Part shown: positions 9,737 to 22,029 of the stretch, piece after piece
Position numbering within the stretch: the stretch's first letter is position 1
How the letters are laid out: every line of letters begins with the position of its first letter
From: Macrostomum lignano
Taxonomy: Eukaryota
Length of the DNA: 64,000 nucleotides
NCBI GenBank assembly: GCA_002269645.1
Contig: NIVC01002479.1
Location: forward strand, 62,001-126,000
Direction of reading: 5' to 3'
Program-made: the position numbers and the translations under genes
Notes under the pieces: generated by a model
Told to the model about the DNA's origin: nothing
What the model saw: only the letters and a program-made list of their open reading frames with translations
Database searches by the model: none

Positions 9737-12700
9737 TTTGCCGGCGTCGGCATTTTTCTCCTTTGCGCGTGTGGAATCTACGGTTTTTTCCCTTCATTGT
9801 ATCACGCTGGCGCGCGTTAGATGCACGATTTACTGTGCGTCTAATGTAGGTGTCTATGGCAATTTTCTATCTGAGTAAAGGCAACAAGCGTGCGTCTAAC
9901 GCGTGCGTGTAATGCACGGAAAGTGAGTATATTTTAATAAGTATACTTCTGCTACAAGTACAACGAACGAATAACAGGGAACTGTGTAAACAAGGTAGAC
10001 TGCGTAGACGATTACCTATCATTGACAGGGAAAGTGAATGAGGATGAAGGCGTTCTGCATTTGGAAGTTCAGTGTGGGAAAATTATTACTCATTGTTATT
10101 ACTCACTCTAAGAATTGAACGTGCAGTTGTTGACAGTGTTGTAGAAGTTATAAACCACAGTTGGTTTCTTCTTGGCGTCATCACTTGGCGTCCCACCAGC
10201 AACGTCCGACGTGTCAGAAATAATCAGTGACTGGCTCATGACGGTAGAAGAGTCTTTCATAATCACGTCTTGCATGGAATCATCCTTGTGTAGTGCAGAA
10301 GCCAAGCTAGATTATCAGGCTCGTTCAGAATGTCGTCAATTTCATTGGTGGACAAGCCGGAAATCATTTCGTTTGGAAATTTGCTCAGATTCAGAAGTCT
10401 GACTTTAGTTGGTGGCTCAGCCATATTCTCTCACAAGTGATTTTAATTTAACAGCTTCTTATTCCCTTCTTCGCAACACTCAATCAACTTGCGTGCCTTT
10501 CACGCATTTTTGTCTATGGTTAAGACAAATTAACTGAGCGTGCATCTAACGCGCCATCTAAAGTATTAAGCCAACGTAATACAATGCAACTCATACATCG
10601 ATTTTGCGTGCTTAAATGGTCTATGCACGAGTGCGCGCATCCTACAATCTTTACCGCTTTGCAGTTTGTTTATGGTCGTAAGTTAATGGTAGATTGTGTA
10701 TATATGGTTTTGGAGGTAGACAATTATTAATTTTTCACGAGCGACTACAATTAATCATTTTCTATAACAAAATCATATGCACAAGCACATTGTCATGTAT
10801 TTTTAGTAGCCTTAATTAAATAATGAGCGTACAGCATGCTTGGCACAATGAATATAGTTATATGGGTTGCTGTGCTGTAAAATCGATACCACGAATACCA
10901 TGTAGATTCATAGAAATCTGCAGGATACCAATTTTATCTATTGTTCGACAACTAAATGGCTATACATATAACATGTACATGTGTTACAATGCAAATGTGG
11001 GTTGGAGTAAAGTAACGTGAAACAACAATCAAGGGCGAATTAAATATCGTTAAGTAGTCGTCCTTTGGTCGTGATCCGTGTACATGTACGAAGCGTAAAC
11101 AACTGTAGATCTAATGTGCACTGTATGCTGCCGTAGAACTACAGTTTACAATGTATACATTTGTATGTAATTTGGAGAAACCAATAAAACCTATAATGCC
11201 AAAAATTAATGTGTATGAAAATTTTGTACTGATCATAAACACCTTATAAGGGTACAGCTAGTATAGCTGCATGTATGCATTCAATGTAATGCAGAGGAAC
11301 AGTATTTGAGATGTAAGTTTACAGCGAGTACCCAATTGCATAAACAAAAAATGTAATAATTTTTAAATGTAGAAATTAAAGCTTATTTATACATGCAGTG
11401 CATTTATGACAACAAGATATTTAGCAGCGCGGTTGCTTTTTTGGCGGATTTTTTTGAGAACCAGAAAGACTGAAGGACTGAAAAAATACCATCATCAAAT
11501 TTTTCATCAGAATTCAGGCCAATGTGCCATCTACACACATGCATACGCGCCCGGCAATTAAGTTGCCAGTGTCTGGCCTTATGCTGAGGCCCGAGGTACT
11601 CGTTATTACGACGTAAATTAAATCAGTTTGGTATCAACAGAGATCACTAAAATTATATCTGTTACCTAGTACTTTAGCAAGTGGTAAAATTAATTTCGAA
11701 GCTATCAAAATATAATTTAATAAAGACTTACCGCTTATTTGCTATCAATTTGTTATAAACATTTCTTGCTATAGAAATTACCAGAGTCGGATCAAATTCA
11801 GTTTTTTCAATTTTATTCAAGTTTATTGGATTTTTTAGGCAGCCAGCGTCACTAATGTTTATAAAACGGTAAATAACGAAGTTAATTCGTCGCAAAATGA
11901 ACAATAAAAATGTAAAAAGTACACATCAAAGATCCAGCAGCCTCCTCTTTATCCTTAGATTTTAAGAATGGCAATAGACATGATGATAGCTATTAGCTGC
12001 GCTGCCCAACAAGTGACTGTTTAAAAAACTTTTGCTTCTTATTCTGAATTTTATTACTTCCTCTATTTTTCAAATAAGCTTAAGCGCCTTAGTTTGTCAT
12101 TTATTTTCGTATAGAACTCAGTGCATACCATGAACTGCATTTTTTAAATGATCACTATAAACCACAGTTTTTATGTCAATGTAGACATGTGAATGAAATA
12201 TAAATTTATTTAAGTAGTTTCAAAATGTAATATATTTATTATGCAAAAGTCTTAATTTTTTTAAACCCTAAAATACATAAATTGTAACTTTTTCATTTAT
12301 AAATCATTTAGACTTTTTTGATGATTATGCTTTTAAGACATATTACTGATATCCTTTCTCATATAAATTTAAACTTACTTTATGTTTTGTTTTAATTGCA
12401 GTGGGATATTCCTATAATGCTCAGATGTTATATTTATTTTGTGGATTTGACCCCAATATTAGGTAGTATTATCGAAAATTAATTTTACCAGACGTTATAG
12501 AACAATATTTTAAAAATATTATTAGTTTTTGTATTGTACTGTACTGTGCACTAATATGGTTTGTCAGACGCTGTCGGTGCAACCACAACCGGATTGTTGG
12601 GATCGTTCACGGAGATTTCAACGCGGGTATATAAAAATACATATTCACTAGTATATATGTATACACATGTATATATTATTTAATTATGTTATATAATTAG

Positions 12701-12855
12701 TACAAAGATAAATTATTTCATTAATAGCTCCTTTGGTGTAGCGAAATAAGATCCATTCTGTAACACTATTGTGAAGCTGAAAAAAACTTTAACCAAAAAA
12801 CCGCATTAATAAATAAATTATACCAAACTCCGTTTCAAGGTACCGGACCGCCGCA

Positions 12856-15800
12856 ATGCTGAGTCGCGAGCACACCCAGCTGCCCGGGCCGGTACTGAAG
12901 CCCAGCAGCATGCTGGTAAACGGCGTCCTGCAGCGCCCGGCTACCGCCTCCGGCTATCTGGAGACGCATCCGAAGCACTACGTGACCGGCCTGCTGGACG
13001 AGCGACAGTCGATGCAACCAAAGCTGGTTGACAGGCCGATGACAGCAGGCGGCGCCCTTTCAGTAGCTGAGGTCGCTGGCAGCGTCGTCAGCTCGGCCGA
13101 GGCGCGTCGCTCTGCCCGACGTCCGCGATCGCCTCGCGCCGAGGCGAGGACCTTTCGGCAGCAGCGCAGGCCGACCATTGACCGGACGGACAACCTGCAG
13201 GCCATAGACAAGTACTTTCTCAACCGGGTCGAGTACGAAAAAATTGGCTCAATTCTGCGCGGCAAAGTCGAAGAGCACATCGACCTGGCCAAGCTGAAGA
13301 AGGTCAAGAAGATCTTCGCTCAATACTCGAACGAGTCAATCGATCTGAAGATGTTCAAGGAAGAGATGAGGCGCCTGCTCAACTTGCCCACCGCGAAACT
13401 TAACCAGTTGGACGCTCTCTTCCAGAAGATCGACTGGAGCAGCAACGGCTACATCAGCTGGGACGAGTTCTGCACCTACATGCAGTTGGAATTCCAAGAG
13501 AAAGAGAGCCAATACTTCAAGGACAAGGAGATCAAGTTTATCTTGCCCGCCAGGGTGAAGACCACAATCCACCGAGACGCCATCGTGCGCATCGTCGGCC
13601 TCAGCGACGGCAGTTTCGCCTGCGCCAGCTCAGACGGTCTCGTGTCTTTCTGGAACTCGCAACTCGAATTAAAGCGCAAAAGATCGATTATTACGCCGGA
13701 ACAGACGCAGCGAACCAAGCAGAAGTGGATAACTCACTTTATGATCATCAATGAGTTCACAAAGATTGTCGTGTCTACCGGCGATCGCGAGTTAGAGTTC
13801 TTTGAGCTGTCGAACTTTGAGCCGTACTGCAAGCTGACCGGCCTGTACTCGGTGCCCCTCAACCTGGACTACACTTGTCACAAGAAGACCGACTCCAACG
13901 AGTCGATGCTGTTCTGGGGCGACGAAAACGGCTGCGTGAACATCCTTGTGCTGCACAAGACTGGCGAAAGTCTTCGAACTTGGAAAAAGAAGCCGAAAAG
14001 CGAAGGCATCGCGGCGGTGACGCTGGAGCGCGCACTGGACAGTGGAGGCCTGGTCGAGTACATCCGCTGGAAGGTGCACAACGACTGGGTGGCCCAGATC
14101 CGATTCGACGAATTTCTGCGTCAGGTGGTCAGCTGTTCGAACGACGAGTCGACGGCTTTGGTGATCGGCTGCAGCATTGGGTCGACGCTTGTGGATCACC
14201 ACGATGGCTCGGGGGCGGCCGCGCGCGACAGCGACGCGATGGCTGCAGCTGGAGCGGGAGCCGGTGCCGTCCAGGCGCCGAAGGCTCAGCCAGGCAGCTT
14301 CATCTCGCCGATCATGCAGCCTCGGCTGCGCAAAGCCACCGACCAGACAGTCTTCTATGTGCACAAAGGGGTTCGCACGTTCGACATCTCCAAGCAGAAG
14401 AACATCCTGGTCACGGGCGGGATGGACCGCATTATTCGCATTTGGAATCCGTACGTCAATTCGAAGCCGATCGGCACCCTTCAAGGCCACAGTGCGCCAA
14501 TTGTCTACCTGACTATTGCGGCTGACGAGAACCGGCTATTCAGCGTCTATCAGGACAAGTGCATCGAGGTGTGGGACATCCTGGACCAGAACCGTCTGCT
14601 CACTATCCGTCCTAAGGGTCACAAAGTGCGCGGCGACTTGCAGAGCTTTCACTATTCACCGCAGAGCAAATCCCTGATGCTGGCCACCACAGACGTTGTG
14701 TCCATCCTCAACATCAAGGTGAAGCAGAAGGTGCAGGCGGACATCCCTCTGACGCACAAGGAGGCCATCACCTGCGCGATTTACAATCCGACTTTTAAGC
14801 ACGTCATCAGCGCTTCAGAGAACTCCGTAGTGAAGGTCTGGGAGGTGGAGAATGGCAAAAAGGTTTTTGAATTCACCAGCCACGTAGGCTCGGCCACCAC
14901 CTGCCTCTGCCTGGACTTCACAGGCCGCCGCTTGGTTACTGGCTCCCGGGCTGGCAGCATCCGGGTTTGGAATTACAATAACGGCCACTGCCTGCGCGAG
15001 CTGCACCTGCGATCGAGCGACCGACACAGCCGCTCCGAGGTCACGGCGGTTCTGTACATGGAAGTCAGCAAGAACCGCTTTATTGTCGCTGTCGGCTGGG
15101 ACCGCAGAATCAGCCTGTTCATGGACGACTGCGGCGAGGCCGTTCAGTCTGTGCAGTACCCGGAGAACTACTGGAAAGACGACAAGCTGCGAGGGCACAC
15201 CGAGGACATCCTGAGTGTGGCGTCCAGCCCGCCCAACCACCTGGCCACCAGCTCCTACGACGGCAGCATCATAGTCTGGAACACGGTGAGCGGCCACGTC
15301 TACTGCAAAATCCCACCACCGCCGCCGCCGTCAGACTACGAGGACGAGTGCCTTGATGGCGACCTGTCGGTGACGCGCGTGCTGTTCCTGCGCACCAGGG
15401 CGGGCAACAGAGAGGCGGCGAGCCTCCTGGCCTCCGGACCCCGGGGTCGCATTCACCTGTGGAACATCTACCAGGGCGGCAAGCTGTACTCGCAGTTTCA
15501 GAACCACCCCGGCCACGGCCACATGGTCTCCGCCATGAGCGTCGACGTCAATGACACGATCCTGGTTACCGGAGACCGGTTCGGCCACGTCTCCATCTGG
15601 AGCATCTACGAGTACGCGCTGCACGGTCCCGAGAGCCTCTGCCCGGAGCTGCTGTTCCGCTGGCGCGCCCATACGGAAACTGTCAGCCAAGTAGACGTGG
15701 TGACGCTGATGCAGAAGCGAGTCTTTGTAGTCACAGCGTCCGAGGATTTCACCGTGCGAATTTGGACGCGCCGAGGCGAGTACGTTGGCACCTTTGGCCA

Positions 15801-16095
15801 ATCCACCGAGTGGAGCCTATACAATGAGGACTCGTTCGGGCCGCTAAAGGTGCCGATTGATGTGCTCGTTGATCCAAAGTCCATGCCGGAGCCACTAGCC
15901 ATAAAAGAGCTGGATAAGGAAAAAACAACACTGGATGAGAATGGAGCAAGCGGCGGAAGTGTCACCGGACAGCCGCAGCAGCAGCAACAGCAGCAGCCAC
16001 AACGTGGGTGGCACGAGACCAGCGTCCACGTCGCGCCCCTGGACACCCCGCCAATGTGGCAGGAGCTCCGTGCGTCCCTGCCATCGACGGGGTGA
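12856..16095 (+). CDS. EF-hand + WD40 repeat protein (WDR49/WDR64/WDY-like), main exon
   Basis: 1079-aa ORF with an EF-hand (LFQKIDWSSNGYISWDEF) followed by many WD repeats (LVTGGMDRIIRIWN, GHSAPI, LATSSYDGSIIVWN, TASEDFTVRIWT). The annotated stop is probably not the real end. Confidence 0.9.
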   Translation: MLSREHTQLPGPVLKPSSMLVNGVLQRPATASGYLETHPKHYVTGLLDERQSMQPKLVDRPMTAGGALSVAEVAGSVVSSAEARRSARRPRSPRAEARTFRQQRRPTIDRTDNLQAIDKYFLNRVEYEKIGSILRGKVEEHIDLAKLKKVKKIFAQYSNESIDLKMFKEEMRRLLNLPTAKLNQLDALFQKIDWSSNGYISWDEFCTYMQLEFQEKESQYFKDKEIKFILPARVKTTIHRDAIVRIVGLSDGSFACASSDGLVSFWNSQLELKRKRSIITPEQTQRTKQKWITHFMIINEFTKIVVSTGDRELEFFELSNFEPYCKLTGLYSVPLNLDYTCHKKTDSNESMLFWGDENGCVNILVLHKTGESLRTWKKKPKSEGIAAVTLERALDSGGLVEYIRWKVHNDWVAQIRFDEFLRQVVSCSNDESTALVIGCSIGSTLVDHHDGSGAAARDSDAMAAAGAGAGAVQAPKAQPGSFISPIMQPRLRKATDQTVFYVHKGVRTFDISKQKNILVTGGMDRIIRIWNPYVNSKPIGTLQGHSAPIVYLTIAADENRLFSVYQDKCIEVWDILDQNRLLTIRPKGHKVRGDLQSFHYSPQSKSLMLATTDVVSILNIKVKQKVQADIPLTHKEAITCAIYNPTFKHVISASENSVVKVWEVENGKKVFEFTSHVGSATTCLCLDFTGRRLVTGSRAGSIRVWNYNNGHCLRELHLRSSDRHSRSEVTAVLYMEVSKNRFIVAVGWDRRISLFMDDCGEAVQSVQYPENYWKDDKLRGHTEDILSVASSPPNHLATSSYDGSIIVWNTVSGHVYCKIPPPPPPSDYEDECLDGDLSVTRVLFLRTRAGNREAASLLASGPRGRIHLWNIYQGGKLYSQFQNHPGHGHMVSAMSVDVNDTILVTGDRFGHVSIWSIYEYALHGPESLCPELLFRWRAHTETVSQVDVVTLMQKRVFVVTASEDFTVRIWTRRGEYVGTFGQSTEWSLYNEDSFGPLKVPIDVLVDPKSMPEPLAIKELDKEKTTLDENGASGGSVTGQPQQQQQQQPQRGWHETSVHVAPLDTPPMWQELRASLPSTG

Positions 16096-16335
16096 CGAAT
16101 TGGTCTCACCTCCGGGTATGCAGCCTGGGAGAGCTGTCCCCCAACGTTGGGTTGGCGGTGGATGGCGGTTTTTACAGCGTAAGTCGGTCTGCGGAGGAGC
16201 CCTGCGCACCGGGACTCGGGTCCCCACGCTCTCTGGCCACCCGCCGCAGGCCGCAAATTGGATTCCGCCGTCTACTGCCCGCCCGCGCAGGGTCAGCGCC
16301 CCGGCTGCATGGGGCTACGCCCCCGGTCCTATTAG

Positions 16336-16499
16336 CTACGTCTAGCTACAATGTCCGTGACCCGAAAAAGAAAGAAAGAAAGAAAGCAGCCACAACAACA
16401 GCAGGTGACATTTTTACAGAAGCAACAAAAGTTGCTGGACGACACGGAGATCAGCGCCATGGTGCGGGAAAAGTCCTATGTCGATGGCAAAGGAAAACG
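16336..16499 (+). CDS. WD40 gene, penultimate coding segment (5' boundary uncertain)
   Basis: Same frame as the main ORF. Reads ...QPQQQQVTFLQKQQKLLDDTEISAMVREKSYVDGKGKR and ends at donor AAACG|GTGAGG (16500). Confidence 0.55.
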
Positions 16500-16679
16500 G
16501 TGAGGACTAAGTTCTGGATAACCCTTTTCACCCTACTGATCTCTTAATTTGGTAGAAATCTTTTGTTAACTTGTAGTATATATGAATAGAATCAGATGAA
16601 TTCCTGCTCGAAATCGGCAAACTACTTGCCACTCATTGCCTCGAATTCTATACCACCTTACTGGATTCTCATTGCCTGG

Positions 16680-17845
16680 CAGATATAAATAGCTCTGAGC
16701 TTGATCTCTTACTCCTCGGTCCTCGCTTATTGGCTGACAGATGCGCATAGCTTTGAATTCTATCTCTTACTAGACGCTCATTGGCTGAAAAATGTGCATA
16801 GATCTGATTTCTATACCCTTCTCGACTGGTTTTGTCTCGCATAGAGGCGCCTAACCGCAGTACCCCTGTGAAACTTGTCTCTGCCTGGCCGAAAGCTTGT
16901 AATGAGTTAGTAGGCTGGGTTGGAGGGTAATAGTGGATCAGGAAGGGCTGTGGGTAGCTGTATAGGAAGGCAGGCCTATACCTGTCCCAGTTGGTGCTCT
17001 GACGGTCCCCCTCGGAGTGCCCTCTGAGCGAACAGCCAGCGACCCTATTAAAGCTGGGGTGTGCCAGAACCAGGACTGAGTCTGAACAGGACGAGACCGT
17101 TGGCACGGTCACAATAGAAAAGGCGGGTTGGCGAAGCAAAGGGTGAAACAGTCCCGGCGATTGCCCTCCTGCCGCTTCAAAAATAAGAGACTGTCTTGGC
17201 ATTGTGTACCCGGGGTCTGGTAGGTGGGGAGGCTCCTCCGGGTGGCCACGGCCGTGGGGAGGTCTTCGGACCATTTTTGGCATATTCTAACCCAGGAGAA
17301 GGCACGGGCTGCCCCCGAGGTTCACTTAACCCCTGCCAGCCCCGGGTAGGTTTAGATAAGCCAATTGGGTTTGGGGTAGGCGTACGCTTTGAGGGTCGGG
17401 GGTAGGGCCCGCTCTCGGCCTGACTGGCGCCGCTTGCCCGGCTCGATGTACAATCCTCTTAGCTCTAATTAGAATCTTAGTGTACATTAGTACACTCCCA
17501 ATCTGGAATCTATATTTCTCTAGTGGCGTAAGAGCCTGTCCAATGGCTGAGGCGCCGGATTACTTATTTAGTTAGTTATACCCTTCTCGACGCTAATTGG
17601 CTGACAGATGTGCAAAGCTCTGAATTCTATCCCTTACTAGACGCTCATTGGCTGACAAATGTGCATAGATCTGATTTCTATACCCTTCTCGACGCTAATT
17701 GGCTGACAGATGTGCAAAGCTCTGAATTCTATCCCTTACTAGACGCTCATTTGGCTGACAAATGTGCATATCCCTAATTTCCATCCCTTACTAGACGATC
17801 ATTGGCTGCAGCAGATGTGCATAGCCCTGAATTCTATCCCTTACT
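16680..17845. repeat. Intronic minisatellite, ~51-bp unit (102-bp A/B dimer, core ATTGGCTGACA), interrupted by a retroposed insert
   Basis: Units lie at 16680-16826 and resume in register at 17577-17845. Confidence 0.85.
16827..17576 (+). mobile_element. Non-LTR retroposed insertion (non-coding LINE derivative or SINE), 750 bp
   Basis: Flanked by an exact 15-bp duplication TATACCCTTCTCGAC (16812-16826 and 17577-17591). The 3' end has a hairpin GGCGTAAGAGCC...GGCTGAGGCGCC followed by a TTA/TTAG simple-repeat tail. Confidence 0.75.
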
Positions 17846-17966
17846 CAATCAAAGCTTATTGGATGACCCTTGTAGATATTTTTATTGAACCATTTTTGAT
17901 AGTTTCGAAATGATATTTTTTAAAACATACTGCACCTAATTTAACCGCCACCCTCAATTCGCCAAG

Positions 17967-18135
17967 GCTTCGAAACGAGCGTTTAACGCCGAAACTGGTA
18001 GACCGAGGCGGGCCCAGCGACTTCCAGACTCTGCGCCTGTTTGCCCTTACCGAGGTGCCCAAAGGCCCGGGCGAGGAGGGAAAGAAGTCGCTAAAAAAAG
18101 ACAATCCCTACTCAATGTTCGAGGCGGCTAGTTGA
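17967..18135 (+). CDS. WD40 gene, terminal exon
   Basis: Acceptor gccaag|G is phase 2, matching the donor at 16500. The join reads GKGKR|LRNERLTPKLVDRGGPSDFQTLRLFALTEVPKGPGEEGKKSLKKDNPYSMFEAAS*. Confidence 0.65.
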
Positions 18136-20029
18136 GCTTATTATTTGTAATTTTTATAGACAAAACTCAATTGCGCCCTTTTGCTACTAAGTCTTGCTTC
18201 CTCAGCAAGTAGTTCACGCGTAGCTATAGTGTCAAAATTCGCTCAAATTTTTCACGCTCTGCAATTCTGCACATCTGTCAAATTTTTGTTTTTTTAGTGT
18301 TTGTTACGAAAGCACCATGTTGTCGTGTTGTGGACAGAGAATAGCCCTATATGGAATTCGGAAAGCTAATTAGACAACAGAGATTCGAACCACGGACTTC
18401 AAAAGTAAATGTACTGCACATTCTCGACGAAGAACCGTTACCTTTTTGTCTAGGACAGGTCAAAAAGAGTTTTGTGGTTAGTGGTCAAGTTCGTGGAATA
18501 AATCTTTCGATTTAAATGCTCAGTAAATAGTTGTACACATAGAGTTACCCCTTTTGAATCTCGATCTCGGCTACATAAATATTTTTTTGTTAATTTACAC
18601 TAAATTTGTATTTAAATTCCACCAGAATCTCGCGGTTTTTTGCCTTTCTAAGAAACGAAATGCTGTTCTCTTTTTCACTTTCTGCTTCGCCTTTCTCTTC
18701 AGACTTGCTTGGCCATCCTGGTAAACTGCAGAGGCCGAAAGCATAGCTATTTCTGTTGTTTGCTCTTGTGCTGCAGAACAAATGATGCAGTTCGTACACG
18801 ATTTTTTCTGCTTTTTGCTTGCGTGAGAATGACGGCATTGGCATGTCAGCTTATTTAAGATTTAATTTTCAAACCGAGATTTTTTGTTATTTTAAACAGT
18901 TAAACAGATATTGCTTCCTTAATTAACAAACACAGAGATAAAATCGGCCTTCAAAGTTTTATTGTCCAGAATTCACGTGTTAAAAGTACATATTTTAACA
19001 CTTGACTGAATCCAGTCAATACAAAAACAAAGAATGGATATTCTCGTAGTGTATAATTTGTGTACGTGTACTTCTATTTTAACAGTCCTTGTATAAAATA
19101 TACTGTAGAGTTACAAGTACAAACACAAATGTAGGATAGTCTAAATTGTCAGTCAGAATATCTATTTTATTATTTAATATTTATAGTTGCATTCAAAAAC
19201 TAATACGAGCGTATTAATGAACTCTAACAGGTATCACTGCTTACAAAAAAACTTTTGTCCCTTAATTTGTTTTTGTAACCGGAGAGCGCGCGTCTATTTG
19301 ACGGTGTTGCAAATAAAAAAATAACAAATTAAGAAATGAATATTACTGTTTGAGCTGCACAATCTGTTAGTAGACACGCTTGTTTTATTAATAAAAATTA
19401 AGTAAATGTGTTTCAATGTTTATCTTTATCTTGAATGCTTTCTCTACCGTATTCACACCTTAAGGAAGCTGAGCAATGAAAAAAACGGAAAAATATAAAA
19501 AAATCTAAGTATTTTTATAGAAATACTATAAAACCTGTTCAGGAAAAGAATTGCGATAAAAATTAGGTAAAATTCTTCTTTAAAGATAAATAATATAAAT
19601 GTATAAATATTGGGTCAGGCATTCAGTGATGAAAGTAGCTCGTATACAACATGGATTGTTCAAATATCTTGGAATTTGAATCTCAAATCTTGCGTTTAGA
19701 ATGAAACCAGGAAGAAGTCCTGCAAATTTTAAAAGTTCAAAATATACAAAGTTAAGTTAAGCATTAGCCTGTAGAGCTTTAATTCACTTGGAAGTTACAA
19801 GAATTATCCATAGTTTGATCAGCAGATTAGCAAATAAATAAATATAGCGATTATAAATGTAAAGAATGCTTTAGATAAATGTTTCACTTTTTATCGTCGA
19901 TGAGCTATTGGCACAGACTGAGCAATGAAAGTTTACAAAAAACCATCACCCTAATAGTAAGTAAACAAGTGATGTCTGCCGAGATATTTTTGTGAAATTA
20001 AACTTTATTTTTTAACTTTCTGTTACAAA

Positions 20030-20370
20030 CTTTAATTAGTTAACCCTCTGCTTAAACGTACATTAGCTAAACCTCTGCTTAAAAGTACATTAGCTAAACC
20101 TCTGCCCCAATGTACAGTAGCTAAACCTCTGGCCCAATGGACATTAGCTAAACCGCTGCCCCAATGTACATATATATTAGCTAAACCTCTGCCCCAATGT
20201 ACAGTAGCTAAACCTCTGCCCCAATGGACATTAGCTGAACTTCTGCCCCATGGATGAAGGAATACTATAGTGTATATAGTGTATTCCTTCATCCATGCTC
20301 TGCCCCAATGTACATTAGCTAACCGTCCGTCCAAGCGTACATTAGCTAAAATTTCTGTCCCAATTTACGA
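20030..20370. repeat. Degenerate minisatellite, 27-bp unit TACATTAGCTAAACCTCTGCCCCAATG
   Basis: Direct tandem copies, e.g. TACATTAGC at 20059 and 20086. Confidence 0.85.
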
Positions 20371-20565
20371 GTACATTAGCCAACACTCTATCTAAATGTA
20401 GATCAGCCAACCCTTTCTTCAAATATTAGTCAACCCCCCGCCCTTAAAAGTACACGCGCGATTACGTCATCAAATTCGCATTAGCAGTATAAAAGGTCAG
20501 GCACAATCAATACCGATCAATAAAATTCCGCCTGTTATTCCACTTTTGCGCCGTCGAAATGCGCG

Positions 20566-20721
20566 CTAAGAAAGATTTTCCAGATATCGAAGTGCGTCCT
20601 TCTTTGTGATGACGCCCAATAAGCGACCGTTTCGCGTTACCAGAGTCTGTCTGAGGCCCAGTTTGCGAAACATTTCCAAGACAACAAACATTGGCGTCTG
20701 GTCCGTAACAGCGATTGGCGC
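20566..20721 (-). CDS. CLCN3/4/5: CLC-3/4/5-type Cl-/H+ exchanger, exon 8 (CBS2, stop)
   Basis: [51 protein letters not shown]; acceptor ctgccag|GCG, phase 0. Confidence 0.9.
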   Translation of the reverse strand, partial: APIAVTDQTPMFVVLEMFRKLGLRQTLVTRNGRLLGVITKKDALRYLENLS

Positions 20722-21290
20722 CTGGCAGTTTAGGATAGGAAAAATACTGCAGTTGGCCTTGGGAATATATATGAGCCCCAAGGTACAGAGTATACATGCA
20801 TGAAGGTGAAACAAGCGATCTGCGCCACTGTGTACGGTCGCTTTTGCTAGTATCCTAAGGAAAATGATGTTATAAAGTAAAAAAGCATCAGACCTGAAAG
20901 CCGGCTGTCCAGCCTAAGATATTAGCATCCCTTGTGAGCTTTGGCATTGAAGCCTCCCTCTCGTAAGCCATGGCTTAACCCTAACTCTCCGTTTGATCTA
21001 CCTTTGGCTTGGCCCAAAATTAAAATATCTGTCGATAATTTAGCACACATTGGGAAAATTTATTTGTTTTAATACGCTCGTACTCATAAAACCTTTTCAC
21101 AAAAAGTTGTTAAAACTTGCAGACGTTTAGAAAATGCTTCCCGTGTCTTACTAAACACAGCGGCCCTTGGGCGAAAGACTAGCCAATACTAAATGTGCAG
21201 ACTACAGTTACCTCTGGGTTTCCAATCCAGATGTGACACTTTAGAGCTCCATGGAAGAGGGGGAGGTCCCGCAGTCCAGTGGGCACTCAC

Positions 21291-21436
21291 CAGATCCACA
21301 ATGCGGCTCAGGTTCAGCTGTTTCGGCGAGTTCCGCCTGTTGGGTGCCGCCGGCTGGTCAGCGAAGGCAGCCGGGGTGTCCGCAAAGTACACCACGGACT
21401 GGCCGACTATGCTGTCGTCTTTCTTCCTGTAGTATT
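21291..21436 (-). CDS. CLCN3/4/5: CLC exchanger, exon 7 (CBS1-CBS2 linker)
   Basis: AI-E-YYRKKDDSIVGQSVVYFAD...KQLNLSRIVDL; ctgcag|AA acceptor (phase 1) and CTG|GTGAGT donor (phase 0). Confidence 0.85.
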
Positions 21437-22029
21437 CTGCAGTAGAGTAACGGTAACGGCACTGTATTGAGCATTTTGGATTTCGTGAAATATACAAATC
21501 ACATGGACTATGGCATGGCATGGTACTTGTGGTATTCTAAGAATGGGCTAGGATAAATTAATGGCCTGATATTCTAGGAATGGAATGAATGAGAGTTTCT
21601 AAGAAACAGCAAAAACGGGAATTTATGGGAATGGGAGAAACAGGATAAGAATGTAGCTCGTAATGACTAATATTTTCTAGGAATTTGCAATAACCGGGAT
21701 TTTCTAGGAATTTACAATAATGTGTTGGTTTGTGACTGGTCTTGACTAGTCAATAACCAGTTTTAAACCCTTCTCTCCTCTGCCCCCGCCTTGTGTCGCC
21801 TTGCGTACTTTCTCTCTCCCTCTGTCCGCGCTGTGGGGTGGTGGCCTGGTGGGGTGGGCTTTAGCTTCTGCGCCGTCGCCCCTTTTATTGGCGTCTCGCT
21901 CAGTTGACTCAGCGTTTTTTTGGCTGCCTGCGTGAGCTCAAATTTCTTTTTAGAAATGCGCTTAGAATTGTGTTGGGATTGGGTTTAATGTGATTTTTTA
22001 TAGAGAATACGATAAACGGTACATCAATA

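Noticed and set aside
12835-16547. Antisense and alternate-frame ORFs over the WD40 gene
   Set aside because: Expected shadows of a GC-rich coding strand; no recognisable domains.
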